A DNA stretch of 64,000 bases. It comes from Ginglymostoma cirratum. Taxonomy: Eukaryota. Below, piece after piece: positions 1 to 11,892 of the stretch. The notes beneath the pieces were generated by a model. That model ran no database searches. It was given only the letters and a program-made list of their open reading frames with translations, and was not told the DNA's origin. Position numbers and translations under genes: made by a program. The stretch spans positions 15,092,856-15,156,855 of the forward strand of contig JAHRHZ010000035.1 of the NCBI GenBank assembly GCA_024137785.1. The letters are read 5' to 3'. The first letter of the stretch is position 1; each line of letters opens with the position of its first letter.

Positions 1-132
1 TTTCAGATGAAGGGTCTAGGCCCGAAACGTCAAGCTTTCCTGCTCCTATGATGCTGCTTGGCCTGCTGTGTTCATCCAGCTCCACACCTTGTTATCTCAG
101 ATTCTCCAGCATCTGCAGTACCTATTATCACT
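1..132 (+). mobile_element. Penelope-like short element, subfamily A (cut by the window edge), hammerhead core degenerate (CAGAUGA)
   Basis: cagatgaagggtctaggcccgaaacgtc...gttatctcagattctccagcatctgcagt is near-identical to the copies at 20321 and 25881. Confidence 0.8.
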
Positions 133-998
133 GCCCATGATACCACTGTTTGACTGTTTACATTGCTCCAATCCAAAAAATCCATTAATCATGCTCTGTT
201 TTTCTGTCCTTTAACTCACTTCTTACGTATGTTTTAATACCATATTTGTGATTTCATCAAGACACAAAACTTCATTTGTCAATAAAATCTGTGACATGCA
301 CAAAGGATTCTTGTTATTCTCTTTTTTGATATGATTTGTCATTTACAAATCGATCTTGGTTTTCCTTAATTGAAACATTTCCCAAGTGTGAATTTTACCT
401 TTATTGTATTCTCTGGAAGTTTACTCACCATTTTTATTAGTTATAAAGTAATTACTCAGCATTTAAGAATAACTATATTCCCAATATGTAAATACTTAAA
501 ATTCACTGCACATCTAGTCTGTGATAGTGTAACACTTATTCTGAATGCTGCTGACAAACATATTGTTTTGAATTAATACTTTAAAGCCTGCTACAAATAA
601 AATGGACTTTGCTTCACAATGAGATAGGATGAGTATCCCTGTTTGCAATGTTGTGTATAACTTACTCATAGCATTGGCCTTTAAAAAGCATCTTTTAAAT
701 TCTCAGCTGCTGTCAGCAGCAGGGGCCAATTGATCACTCTCAGTTTGCCACTGTGCTCTGAAACAGTCTCTCATTGGCAACGTTCCCTCTAGGCTGTGCA
801 CCTCACCACTACTCCTTGTATTCCCCCAAGGTTATGTGCACACTGGTGCACCACCTCGGAGGTCCATGCTCTGAAAAAAATACATTAGGTGGAGCATTAT
901 TCACAGGTACAGTTATATGGCAGTAAACAGGCATGTGACAGCAGCAAGCATGTGAGAGTTAAGATATATTTGAAATATAATGAGAATGGGCGGCATTA

Positions 999-1357
999 AG
1001 GTGGCACGGTGGCTCAGTGGTTAGCACTGCTGCCTCGTAGCACCAGGTTTGATTCCACCCTCGGGCAACTGCCTGTGTGAAGCTTGTACATTCTGCCCAT
1101 GTCTGCATGCGTTTCCTCCGGGTGCCCCAGTTTCCTTTCAGAGTCCAAAGATGTGCAGGTTAGGTGGATTGGCCATGCTAAATTACCCCATAGTCTTCAG
1201 GGATGTGCAGGCTCAGCGGATTAGCCATGAGAAATGTAGGGTTACAGGGAGACGGCAGGGGGGATGGAACTGGGTGGGATGCTGTTCAAAGGGTCAGTGT
1301 GAATTTGATTGCCCAAATGGTCTGCTTCCACATTGTCGAGCTTCTATGATTCTATGA
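999..1357 (+). mobile_element. HE1-type tRNA-derived V-SINE
   Basis: A-box head ggcacggtggctcagtggttagcact, V-domain (gtttcctccgggtgcccc...tccaaagatgtgcaggttagg) and ctatgattctatga tail. Two more copies occur in the window. Confidence 0.85.
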
Positions 1358-2019
1358 ATGCACATGATAATGGGAGGATGCTGTTTATCATTATACAGCT
1401 GTGATATCTGCAATAACGTCAAAGAGATTTTGAAGGATTGATGGAATAGTTTGTGAACAAGATATACATAATACTGTTCTCTTTAAGTTCCATGGCATCA
1501 GTCTGTAGAAACCTACTAAAGTCAAACAAACACCAGTCACTCTTAGCTAAGAGGAAACCAGGACAGTTTGGATTCTTCTTCTGACTGACGTTCTGCTTCA
1601 TTGCACTGCCCTTGAAAGTAGAAAGCAATAGCAAACGCCAACAAAAGAAAACTGCCAAGGAAACCGCTCATACTGTTGCATCAGCTGGCAATGAGCCAAG
1701 GACATGACGTGGTAGACAACACAGATGACATGTTATGTATGAAGCCAATGGAATGACTGCTGACTGAAAGCTGGGATCAAACCCATCAAACACACTTTTC
1801 AATTTACTTTGTTGCAATATTGCACTCACCTCCAGCAAATTACCTAGCTGCGTGGAGATCATTTCCAGAACAAGTGGGAAACTGTTCAACCTATGCTGCC
1901 TTCAAAATCACTGTAACGTCAGTCATTAAGCTCTAGTATGCAGATGATGCGTGTGAGTGCACTCATTCAGAAACTGAGCTCCAGGTCATTGTCGGCTTCT
2001 TCTTCAAAGCATATGATAA

Positions 2020-2150
2020 AATGAACTTTCACTGTAGGAGTAACTTCACCCAGCAGACTATAATGGTACAATAAAGTGGCTCATCACAATCTTCTCAAGA
2101 TCAATAAATGTTGGACATGTCAGCATTGCCCTTATCCCATAGATGAAGAA
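2020..2150 (+). mobile_element. Degenerate 3' end of a CR1-type LINE
   Basis: gtggctcatcacaatcttctcaag...caataaatgttggacatgtcagcattgcccttatcccat resembles the tails at 46850 and 52440. Confidence 0.5.
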
Positions 2151-3014
2151 AGAGAGTATTATACTCTGCATTTCTAGCTGCCCCAATATATCATTGCAGT
2201 TTTAAATACAAGTTTGGAATATCCTACCCATAAGGAAAATAAAACAGTAAAACTTGAGAATGACAAATGCCAATCTGATGTCTTTCGTATACTTCAAAAC
2301 GGAGCTCCAGTACCACTGATGCTTTCCTTTCTAAGTAGTACTGATTTTTTTTTTAATTGCTGTTTCTTCATTCTCTCTGGGTGAGTAAAGAAATGCTTGT
2401 GTAACCCTTCATTTAAATTGCACTGGTTGAACTCGCCAATTTTTAATAGACTGCTGCAACAATTTTAGGAAGATTCCAAGTTCAATTGAGTACATGGGAA
2501 CTCTTTTGAACTATGCCCACTGCACCACGTAGCAGCCAAAAGAAAAAGAGACAATTAATACATTCAGACACTTACAATATCCTTTCCTTGCGTGGGTGTC
2601 ATGTTATTCAGATATTGTAACAGCATTCTCCTTCTAAATAAATAACACTGTTCGTGATGTAATTTTGTCTCACATTTGTTCAAACCTCCAGCTTTCACTT
2701 TTACAAGCCAATTATTTTAATGTTAGAAGAATATCAATAAATTTATTGATTGAACTTTTTAATAGAAATTAAAATGAAGCATGCATTAAAATAATTAAAC
2801 ACTGAATCATGAGTAGATTTTATAGAAAACATTCAGTCCCTGAGTAGCTTGTGTACTGGTCTTTTATATTATATACTTGTAACATTGCAATTATACTGTA
2901 CGTCAACTGTAGGCACATACCATTCCATCCATCATAACTATGACAGGACATGTAATCTGTATAAAACTGCATTAATAAATTTCTAAAAGCAATATCTTGC
3001 ATTTATAATCATGC

Positions 3015-3515
3015 CATTGTTATGTCAAGATTTGACTACTCCAATGCACCTTACACAGTCTACCTTCCACATCTTTACAGTCATCCAAACCTTTACTTTT
3101 CCTATCATTATTCATTCTAAGTCCCATTCAGCCAGCATCCCGGTGCTCATTGAACTGACCAATATTAACACTTGTCAACCAGCATTGTGATTTTAAAATT
3201 GTCTTCAATGTCTTTGAATCCCTCCATTGCCTTGTCCCTGTTTATCTCCAGCTCACAGCCCTTGTAGACATCTACAATCCTCTAACTCTGGCCTCTTAAA
3301 CATCATAGATTTTAATTGCTCTTCCATCCGTGACTGTGCTTTAAGTTACACCATTCTTGAGCTCTGGAATTCCCTCTCCAGATCTCACTAACTCTCTTTG
3401 TTCCTTTAAAATGCTCTTTAAATCCTGGATCACTGTTTTGCTTCACAATGCTCTTGTGAAGTGCCTTGATTGTTTTGTTAAGTTAGGGATATAATACAAA
3501 TGTAAGTTGTTGTTA
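3015..3515 (+). mobile_element. L2-type LINE 3' fragment
   Basis: gactactccaatgca...ttttaaaattgtc...ctctggaattccctc...tgtgaagtgccttg...aaatgtaagttgttgtt. Homologous copies occur elsewhere in the window. Confidence 0.7.
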
Positions 3516-3524
3516 GCAGTTTCA

Positions 3525-3960
3525 GCATAGTAAAACCACACTTCACGGGAGTGTTTCCAAACAAAGTTTGACTACAAACCAAATGAGTTACAAAGAGAAA
3601 GTTGCACATTATGTCCAAAGGCTTGGTCAAAGGGACACATTTTAACGCATGTCTTACAGATGTGCGATAAACTTACACAGAGGTACAAGAAGGGAATTCT
3701 AGCGTTTATGGCTGAGGCAGCTAAAGGAATGGCCAGCATTGAAGCAGTAAGAAAATCAACAATGTACAAAAGGTCAGAACAGAATGAAAGCAAGGATTTT
3801 GAAGATTTATTGGGCTGTGTACAAGGTTACAAGAATAGGTAAGTCTGAGGCAATGGAAGCATTCAGAAATAAGGATGAGAATTTTAAGACCAAGAAGTTT
3901 CCAGGCCTGTACGTTAGCAAGTGGAACGAATTCAGTACGAATAAAATGCTGCTAATTTTA
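3525..3960 (-). mobile_element. L2-type LINE 3' fragment, tail-to-tail with the preceding copy
   Basis: Contains gcttggtcaaag, gggaattct and aaggatgagaattttaa, as do the copies at 21590, 22075 and 38700. Confidence 0.6.
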
Positions 3961-4479
3961 CCTCACAATTTCAAAATGCAAGATAACTATTCTTCTGTCG
4001 GTTTTCACTGGAAGGAACTGTAATGCAATGAAAACCGAGTATTTAGCACCCTAGATTTTCTGGTAAATGGAGGAAACTCTGAATAACATATTCAGTGCTT
4101 CTCTCTCCATATCTTTCACTCCCAGATTAAATTGCAATGCCTTTAATGCCGAAAGTCAAATTCCGAATTGAAACAGCCCATTTAGAATATGTTGAAAAAT
4201 GAAAATCTTTATTTATAAGTGTAGATTGCTTCAAAGTTTTAAAAATTTACTCTCCGCATTCCATCTTATGGTATTAAGTGCTAACAAATGCTATTTGGCA
4301 TCATAACTGGTGCTTCCTTGATTCTACCTAAACCTAATGATCTGTTACAGTAGTTTTCCATGGCCTCCACGTTTGTTTGAAAAAGGTTTTAGTTTTGGCA
4401 TGATTCAGGAATCATTGTTTGAAGTTTGGAAGAGTCATAACTCATTTCTCTCACTTTGAATATTCTAAGGCTTACACCA

Positions 4480-4800
4480 ATAATAATCACAGGAGCCAGT
4501 ACTTAGTTCTCAACTATTTATCATCCATGTTGATAACATAGATGAGGAAACTGAGTATAACATATTCAAGTTTGCTAATGATACATTAGTAAGTAAGTGG
4601 TGAGTAAGACTCAAAGGCACTACATAGGAATATAGCTAAATTAAGTGAGTGGACAAGAACAGTGGAAGATGGATTATAATATAGCGAGGTTAACCAATTT
4701 GGTGGAAACAAAAATGAAAGCAGAATATATTTTAAGCAGTGAAATTTTGGGACAAGTTCAGTGACCTGGGTGGCATTGTATGGGAAGCACAGAAATAAAT
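4480..4800 (+). mobile_element. Degenerate CR1 LINE reverse transcriptase fragment
   Basis: aacatattcaagtttgctaatgatac encodes a KFADDT-like motif, followed by ttaagtgagtggacaaga typical of CR1 RT. Confidence 0.65.
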
Positions 4801-5465
4801 AAGCAGTTGTGCCTTGTGGTTTAACAATCAAGTTCAGCATAACCGAACCCAATGCTGTACTCACTCAATAAAGTTCACACAATCTGGTATGGTTCCCTGG
4901 AACAATGACCAAAAGTCCTCCAAACACTGTCTGTGGTGATTCCAACCAATTCAAAACGTGCTACTGCTCAATACGGGGACATTCCTGGTCTATTTGGTCT
5001 AGTAATATTTGTGGACTCTATTATTTATAAAAGCAACATGTTCTTATGTCACAGCTCTTCTTCATTACTCCATATGTGCTGTCCAGAAAGGCAAAAAGCA
5101 CACAAGGTAATTGAGCATCCTAAGCAACTGACGTGCTGCAAATGTCATTCCTGCTGCTTGAAGTAAATTTCCAGCTGTTATTTCTCCAAGCACAGCAGTT
5201 ATATACAAGATTTATTGACAACACATGATGCAAAATACAGTTAGTGCCAGCACAAGAGTGTACCCGTTATTATCATATTCGCTATCTATTTCAGTACAGA
5301 ACACAAATAGTACACTCTTACTGCAATAAATTTTGTTAACTGCATGTTTTTACTAACTAAATCAAAATGCATCTACAGAGAAATAGTAAATAGGCAAAAG
5401 AGAAAGCTCAATCATTTCCCAATAGCAATTTAGGTAAGTAAATAACAGACAACTATGGGAGAGAC

Positions 5466-5662
5466 GAAAGAAAACAGAAATTGTTAGAGAAACTCAGTGG
5501 GTCTGGCAGCATCTATGGAGAGAATGATCTTTTCCTGAAGAACGGTCATCAGATCTGAAAGGTTAACTCTGTTTTTCCTCCTCAAATGCTGCCAGTCCTG
5601 TTGAGTTTCTCCAGCAATTTGTTTCTGTTTCAGAGTTCCAGCATCCAGTTTTTTGTTTTATT
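5466..5662 (+). mobile_element. Older palindromic Penelope-like element, subfamily B-like, hammerhead decayed
   Basis: Inverted arms gaaactcagtgggtctggcagcat / atgctgccagtcctgttgagtttc, central ctgaagaacggtcatcagatctgaaaggttaac, and tail ccagcatccagtttt. Confidence 0.7.
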
Positions 5663-6968
5663 ATATAAGAGATGAACTGATTTTCAAGAAGTCAAGTGTC
5701 TGCAAAGTTGTCTCAAAATGCCTTGTGACGACAACATCATTCATCTGTTGATTGATTTCTTCAATTAATTTGTACACATGAGTATAATCTCTAAAAAATT
5801 TACCTGTTACAGCAGTTCAAGATTACACAGTGATGGCACCCCTCCAAAACCTTTGGAATACACACTTAACAGAATCAAAATGCAGGAAGGTGTGAATACG
5901 ATGCAATAATTGGTAATTTCCCCATGCAAATGCCAGACAGTAACAGAGTTTAAAAGATGGTAAGACATTTGCATTGCTGGCTACTATTCAGATGAATGGC
6001 AAAAGATATTGCAAAATGTTTTCTCTCACCAGTTACTAATACCATATTTGATGCTCTTTTGAACTTAACTTTCTTGTTTCTCCTGATGTTCAAACACTTT
6101 CAAAATCTTCCTTTCCTTTCATCCTCGCTGTACTCCAAATAAGGCTCTTTACATTGTCTTCACCTCAAACTTTTCCTTTCCCTTTGGCACCAAACCATTG
6201 CACCTCTTACTTCTAGCAATCCTTTATCCCTCTTACAGCAAAACAACATCTTTTTAACATATTTTATCCACATTTTTATTTTGCAACAACAAAAGAGAGC
6301 AAAACAAACATCCTGGAAGCAAAAATCTCAACTCACATTTGCTTTTAACCTTTCAGGCTTTTCCCATGAACAGATTGAATGTTTTTTGGTTTGAGATTTA
6401 AGCATTTCTAAAGGTTTAAGAGATCTTTTAAAGCTATGTTTTTTTGTTTATTAAAATGGAAAACAAATGATATATAAAATTAGATGACATGTAGTTTCAC
6501 ATGACAGTATAAATAGAAAAACACATTATGAAACAAAATTATTATTCATGTTAATTGTCTGTGGCCGCATATCAAGTGTATGAGTGACTTGGCGTTTATG
6601 AGCAGCTTAGTACCAAATATAATGAAGGGATTGATTTTTTTTGCCCTCGAACATAATATTATGATCATTAACAGAAATGATAGCTAGATTGCTTTTAAAG
6701 GTCACGTTCTACAAGATTAGTTATGAATTCTTATGATCTAGTCTGGTTGAACAATAATACCTGCAATTTCTGTTTCTACCAGGCTGTGCAATATGTTTCA
6801 AATATAAAACACAATGAATTTTTGGTGACTGCAGTGACTGTTCTTTGATAAACAACGTATCCATGTCCTTGTATAACAACAACGGCTCACAAACAGCCAA
6901 GAGATAAAAGAGCATTTAATCCATTGTCCAACAGTTTCTTGAGAAAGAAATATCAGTCAGGATATTAA

Positions 6969-7498
6969 AATGGAACGCTGCATTCAATTCTGGTCTCCTT
7001 GCAGTAGCAAATATATTGTGAAACTTAAAAGAATTCAGAAAAGATTTACAATGATGTCATCAGGGTTGGAGGATTTGAGCTACAAGGAGAGGCTGAATAG
7101 GTTTGGGATATTTTCCCTGGAGCGTCAGAAGATAAGGGGTGACCTTATAGAAGTTTATAAAGTCATGAGGGGCATAGATAGGGTGAGTAGCCAAGGTCTT
7201 TTCCTCAGGGTAAGGGAATCCAAAACTAGATGGCATAGGTTTAAGGTGAGAGGGCAAAGATTTAAAAGGGCCTTTTCACACACTGAGTGGTGCATTTATG
7301 GAATGAGCTGGTGGTGTAGAGACTGGTATAATTACAGCATTTAAAAGGCATCTGAATGGCTATGTGAATAGGAAGGGTTTAGATGGGTATGAACCAAATG
7401 CTGGCAAATGGAACTAGATTGATGTAGAATATCTGGTTAGCGTGGATGAGTTGGACCAAAGGGCTGTTTCTGTGCTGTACATCTCTATGGCTCTATGT
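6969..7498 (+). mobile_element. CR1 (HER1-like) LINE 3' end, ORF2 C-terminus
   Basis: ORF 6970..7344 (CIQFWSP...IQKRFT...LSYKERLNRFGIFSLERQKIRGDLIEVYKVMRGIDRV) is the classic CR1 ORF2 end. It terminates in ctctatggctctatg repeats. Confidence 0.9.
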
Positions 7499-7777
7499 AG
7501 GCACTCCTTTGATTTGAAGAATTACAGAGGGTATCTAACATTCACCTGGCTACTGAAACAGCCTGGCTACAGTCCAACATCTGAAAGATCAATATCAAAC
7601 CTGCATTTTGCCATGAACCTGCAGAATTTTCATTTTTCTTGTCCTGAAGGACATCTCAAGACCTAATTATCGAATATTCCACAGATCACGCTGGAGCAAG
7701 ACAACAACAGGTCACCTTAGCAACTACAATGGCTGCCACATGTAAAGCTGTGAAGTAAATAATTAAATTGTACTTAC

Positions 7778-7953
7778 ATTGTACAGAATGTCTGTCCACC
7801 CTTCCATGGTGATACACTGGAAGACAGTGAGCACAGCAAACAAGATATTGTCAAAATTTGTAATTCCATAGTTGGGTCCAGTCCAGTATCCTCTACAAAC
7901 AGTTCCATTTGGACAGCTCCGAGAGCCACACGGGAAATCTGTCACTGGCTCAT
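7778..7953 (-). CDS. CACNA1B: Cav2 alpha-1 subunit internal exon (equivalent to exon 6), domain I extracellular loop and pore helix: (N)[58 protein letters not shown]
   Basis: Overlaps ORF 7763..7945. Acceptor tatctag ends at 7954 and donor gtaagta starts at 7777. The exon is 176 bp, phase 1/0. TMEGW contains the domain I selectivity-filter Glu. EPVxDFPCG, GITNFD and TDILYN are Cav2.2-type. Confidence 0.92.
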
Positions 7954-8798
7954 CTAGATAGAAACAGAAGCAAACAGTTTCAGTTCATGGTCACATTTTA
8001 CAGACCATTAGAAATTACAACACTAAAATTATCTTTAAAGTCACTTATCCTATAAATGGATGAAATAGGATTCATAATCCAAAGGTGAAACATTCCAGTA
8101 AACTTTACTAGTTATAAAGAAAAGTACAAAATGTCTACATTTATTGATACTCATAAGATATGCTGTACAAAACTTCACACGGAGCTCACAATCTTCCTTA
8201 GACTGCAACATATACTTTTATGGGGAGTGTCCAAATCAGTTTTGGGATACATGCAGATCTCAAATCAGGCTTTAAGGGTCTTTGCCAGATATTTCTATAT
8301 CTAACATACATTATCAGCAATGATGTTCCCTATCCAGTTCATCAGACTATCTCAATATGTTACTCAAAAGTTAATTTTATCCAGTGTCAGGAATTGATTG
8401 AAAACGATCATTGGATAAACATTGCCTACTCATTCTCAACTTGAAAATGATTCAACACTTCTGCAGAAGAAATTCAGTTGCTTTAAGCTCAGAAAAATGA
8501 GATAGAATATCTTGGGTTAAAACTCCAACCAAAACAAAATAATTTTGTTGCTACAACCATAGAGAAACTCACAGTTCTTACATGGTGATAGATAGAAGGT
8601 GGCTGACTAAATTTTATAGTTAAATTATTTTTGTTTAGTAAATTATTTCTTGATAAAAATTCCAGCACCAAAACATTGGTGGCGGAATGAATGTTTTGCT
8701 GTTTTGGGAGGTTATATGACCTTGGAGAAAGAGAAACAGAGTGTGGGAGGTTAGAGTGTCTGTCAACTCATGACTTCCACAAGCTGTCAACAAGCTGC

Positions 8799-9190
8799 GG
8801 AGGCAGTGGCCCAGTGGTTATATTGCTGGACTATTAATCCAGAGATGCAGATAATAGTCTGGGGAATGGGTTCAAATCCCACCACAGTAGATGGTGAAAT
8901 CTGAATTAAATTTTAAAAAAATATATAGAATTAAGATTCCAAGATTCAATTCTTGGAATCAAGAGTCTAATGATGACCATGAATCCATTGTTAGTTGTTG
9001 GGAAAAACCCATCTGGTTCACTAATATCCTTTCGGGAAGCAAACTGCTGTCCTTACCCGGTCTGGCCTACATGTGACTTCAGACCCACAGCAATGTGGTT
9101 GACTCTTAACTGCCCTCTGGGCAATTAGCGATGGGCAACCGATGCTGGCTTGGCCAGTGACAACATCATCCCGTGAATGAGTAATAAAAG
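8799..9190 (+). mobile_element. Second tRNA-derived SINE family (~350-390 bp, called SINE-B here)
   Basis: A/B boxes (gtggcccagtgg; gggttcaaatccc), core catctggttcactaat...tctggcctacatgtgactt and tail gcaattagcgatgggcaa. Five or more copies occur in the window. Confidence 0.85.
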
Positions 9191-11547
9191 AAAGCAGGAA
9201 GCAAGGCCTTCATGCCATCGTGGCTGGTTTCTATAATCCGATGGAACGGTTACATCTCCCAGTTGTTGCTGCACATGTTGACATCACAAATATAAGCTCC
9301 AATCAAATTGATATTACCGCCTTTTCGCCATAAACATGTTAAATTTGGAGAGCCAATATCAAGTGTTCGAACAGCAGAATTCTCTTCTGGTAGCTCAGTG
9401 GTACATTGAGTGGCAAGGGAATAAAAAATGAAAACAATTCATTGTCAGGGGAAGTCGGGCAATAAGAAGAGAAAAGCAGCAGCTGCCTGTTTATAAAGAA
9501 TGAGACTTTATTTGGAAAAGGAACAATGAGATAGAAAACAGGATATATCTTCATTTACATCCCAATCAAACAGTAACGGCAAATGAGAGATTAATGAATA
9601 CCTTTCACAGTAGCTTTAGGAACTGAATACAACAACTGGGAATAGTGAAGGTGGGCGGGGAGGGATGGTGAGGTTAAATTAGCTTAAACTCTGAGAACAG
9701 GAATGAATATTTCTGCATGTGATTAGCCCCATGCCTCTATGTTTCTGTGCAGATGACAATGCCACCTGCTCCTCTAAAATAAAGTCTACATGCAGCCTAT
9801 GGTATGGGACGATATTTGCTGACAGCACAGATTGTGAGGGGGGGGGAGGCAATATTGTGAGAACTAAAGCTTTTCAAAAGAAGCTTAAGCAAAGAAAAGG
9901 TGAATTGTGGCTGCAGTAAGTGGTGGCAGATTTTTTGAAAAGTGGATGTAAAGTATAATACTTCAGAAATGGCAGAACATGCCAGATGGTAAACACCAAG
10001 CTTTCATGGCAATACTGAAGGCAGTGGTGCAAGAGGTGGAAAGGGGGGGCATCCTGTATCCAAGGAGGGAGCAGTGTGGGTCAATGGGAAGAGGTAAAAG
10101 TCCAGGCCAATACCAGGAAAGTTACTCCGAGAATGAAGGTGAAGGAAGATTACTTCCGAGAAGGAAGAAATGTAACAACCTGATGATTTATAATGAGTGC
10201 GTTCATCTTTAATGACATTTCCTGTCACCAACTGCACCATTAGCCTAATCTATTTTGTGCATTCTCATCACCCCTTGGTAACAATCTCTTTAAATCAGTG
10301 TCAATTTATCAATTCATACGGTTTTCCACAACTGCTCAGCGCTGTTAGAGGACTCTCTGCCACAAGCACACACCCTTTATACCTTGGTAGCAATTTCAAC
10401 CATAACAGGTACATCACTCAAATATATTGCAGGATACTCTAATGATACACTTTCTTGCCACTTGATAATTAGCTAGTAACTGCAGGCAGCAAGAATAGAT
10501 GCACATGAGGAAAGTCATGCCTACACATTGTTACAACAAAGTCTGGAAACATAGTTAAGCTCCTCTTTTAATTCCTGAGGTTGTTATGACCAATTTTGAA
10601 CTTTTAAGCACATTTTTGTCCCCAACTCAATATGTACTTCAACATGCATTAAAGCTACACAGACTAAGCAAAAGAGATTCCTTTGATTTAATTTAAATTA
10701 AGGAGTTAGATCATTGTAAACTCACCCAAGTGAGGTATAAATGTATTAAATAGCAAAAACTCCTCCAAAATTCCACAGCATAAACACATCCAGAATCATG
10801 TAAGTAACAGAATAAAGTATGGAGTAAGTGGAGGTGGAGTTGATGTGGTTTTGAAGCACAAATCTTAATACTGCTCTGGCTTCCCAACTTAGCAAATGTC
10901 GATGTACTTTGTAATATTCCGTGCGACATATATGTATCTGTCATTGTAATCCCATTATGCACACATGCCTGGGTCCCTGATTGAAAGATTAAGCTATGTC
11001 TTCAGTGGAAAATTCTTGACACCTAGTAGCCAGCCCTCATTCACTAATGAGAGATCAAATACACAAATTGTGGAGGTGATACAGATGAGTAAAGGAATCA
11101 TGATTGTTGTCAACAAGCATCTTAGTACATGAAAATGGTGCCTTTCACATGAAGCATAGCAAAGTTATGTGAATGAAGTCAACAGCACCCTGCATTATAC
11201 TGAAATCTGCAATCTATGCAAACCATTGTGCTTAATTCTGGTAAAAAGCAATGAAATGAACTTCTCTCTCTGTTCGTAGTGAAATGTATCCCTGTTGCTT
11301 GTGCAGTAGTATTTTACAAGCAGTTGCTTATATCTCCAGCAGCAGCTTCAGCGGAACTAAAGGCAGAGAAGTTGAGAATCACAGTCATTTTGATAGCCAC
11401 AGATTATGTTGTTCTTATCCTACTTTGAGGTTGTAATTGAAGCTGCAGCAATTCTCAGTTTTCAGGCCTCTTTTGTGAGGCAAATATATCTCAGGCATTA
11501 TTTTTCGCTGAACTTGAAAAGAAAGAAAATTGTTCCTTAAAGACTGT

Positions 11548-11892
11548 TAGAATCATAGAATTCCTATAGCATGGAAGTAGGCCATTCTACTCATCAAGTC
11601 CATACTGACTTCCAAACAGTATCCCACCCTATCCTATCCCTGTAACCCTGCACTTCCCATGACTAATCCACCTTGTTTGCACATCCCTGAACACTATGGG
11701 CAATTTAGCATGGGCAAACCACCTAAACTGCACATCTTTGGATTAAGAGAGGAAACCAGAGCACCCAAAGGAAACCCATGCAGACTCTAGAGAATGTGCA
11801 AACTCCACACAGACAGTTGCCCAAGGGTGGAACCGAACCCAGGTCGCTGTCACTGTGAGACAGCAGTGCTCGTCACTGAACCACCGTGCCAC
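11548..11892 (-). mobile_element. HE1-type V-SINE
   Basis: Reverse-complement homolog of 999-1357. Confidence 0.85.

Noticed and set aside
999-1075. tRNA genes at SINE heads
   Set aside because: The A/B boxes continue into SINE bodies and there is no intact cloverleaf.
4586-4864. ORF with LGSVMLNLIV resembling the next channel exon (IS6, IGSFFMLNLVLG)
   Set aside because: It lacks the WNWLYFIPLII context, has an in-frame stop just upstream and shows no fitting splice sites. The neighbouring exons were not found by eye and probably lie outside the window.
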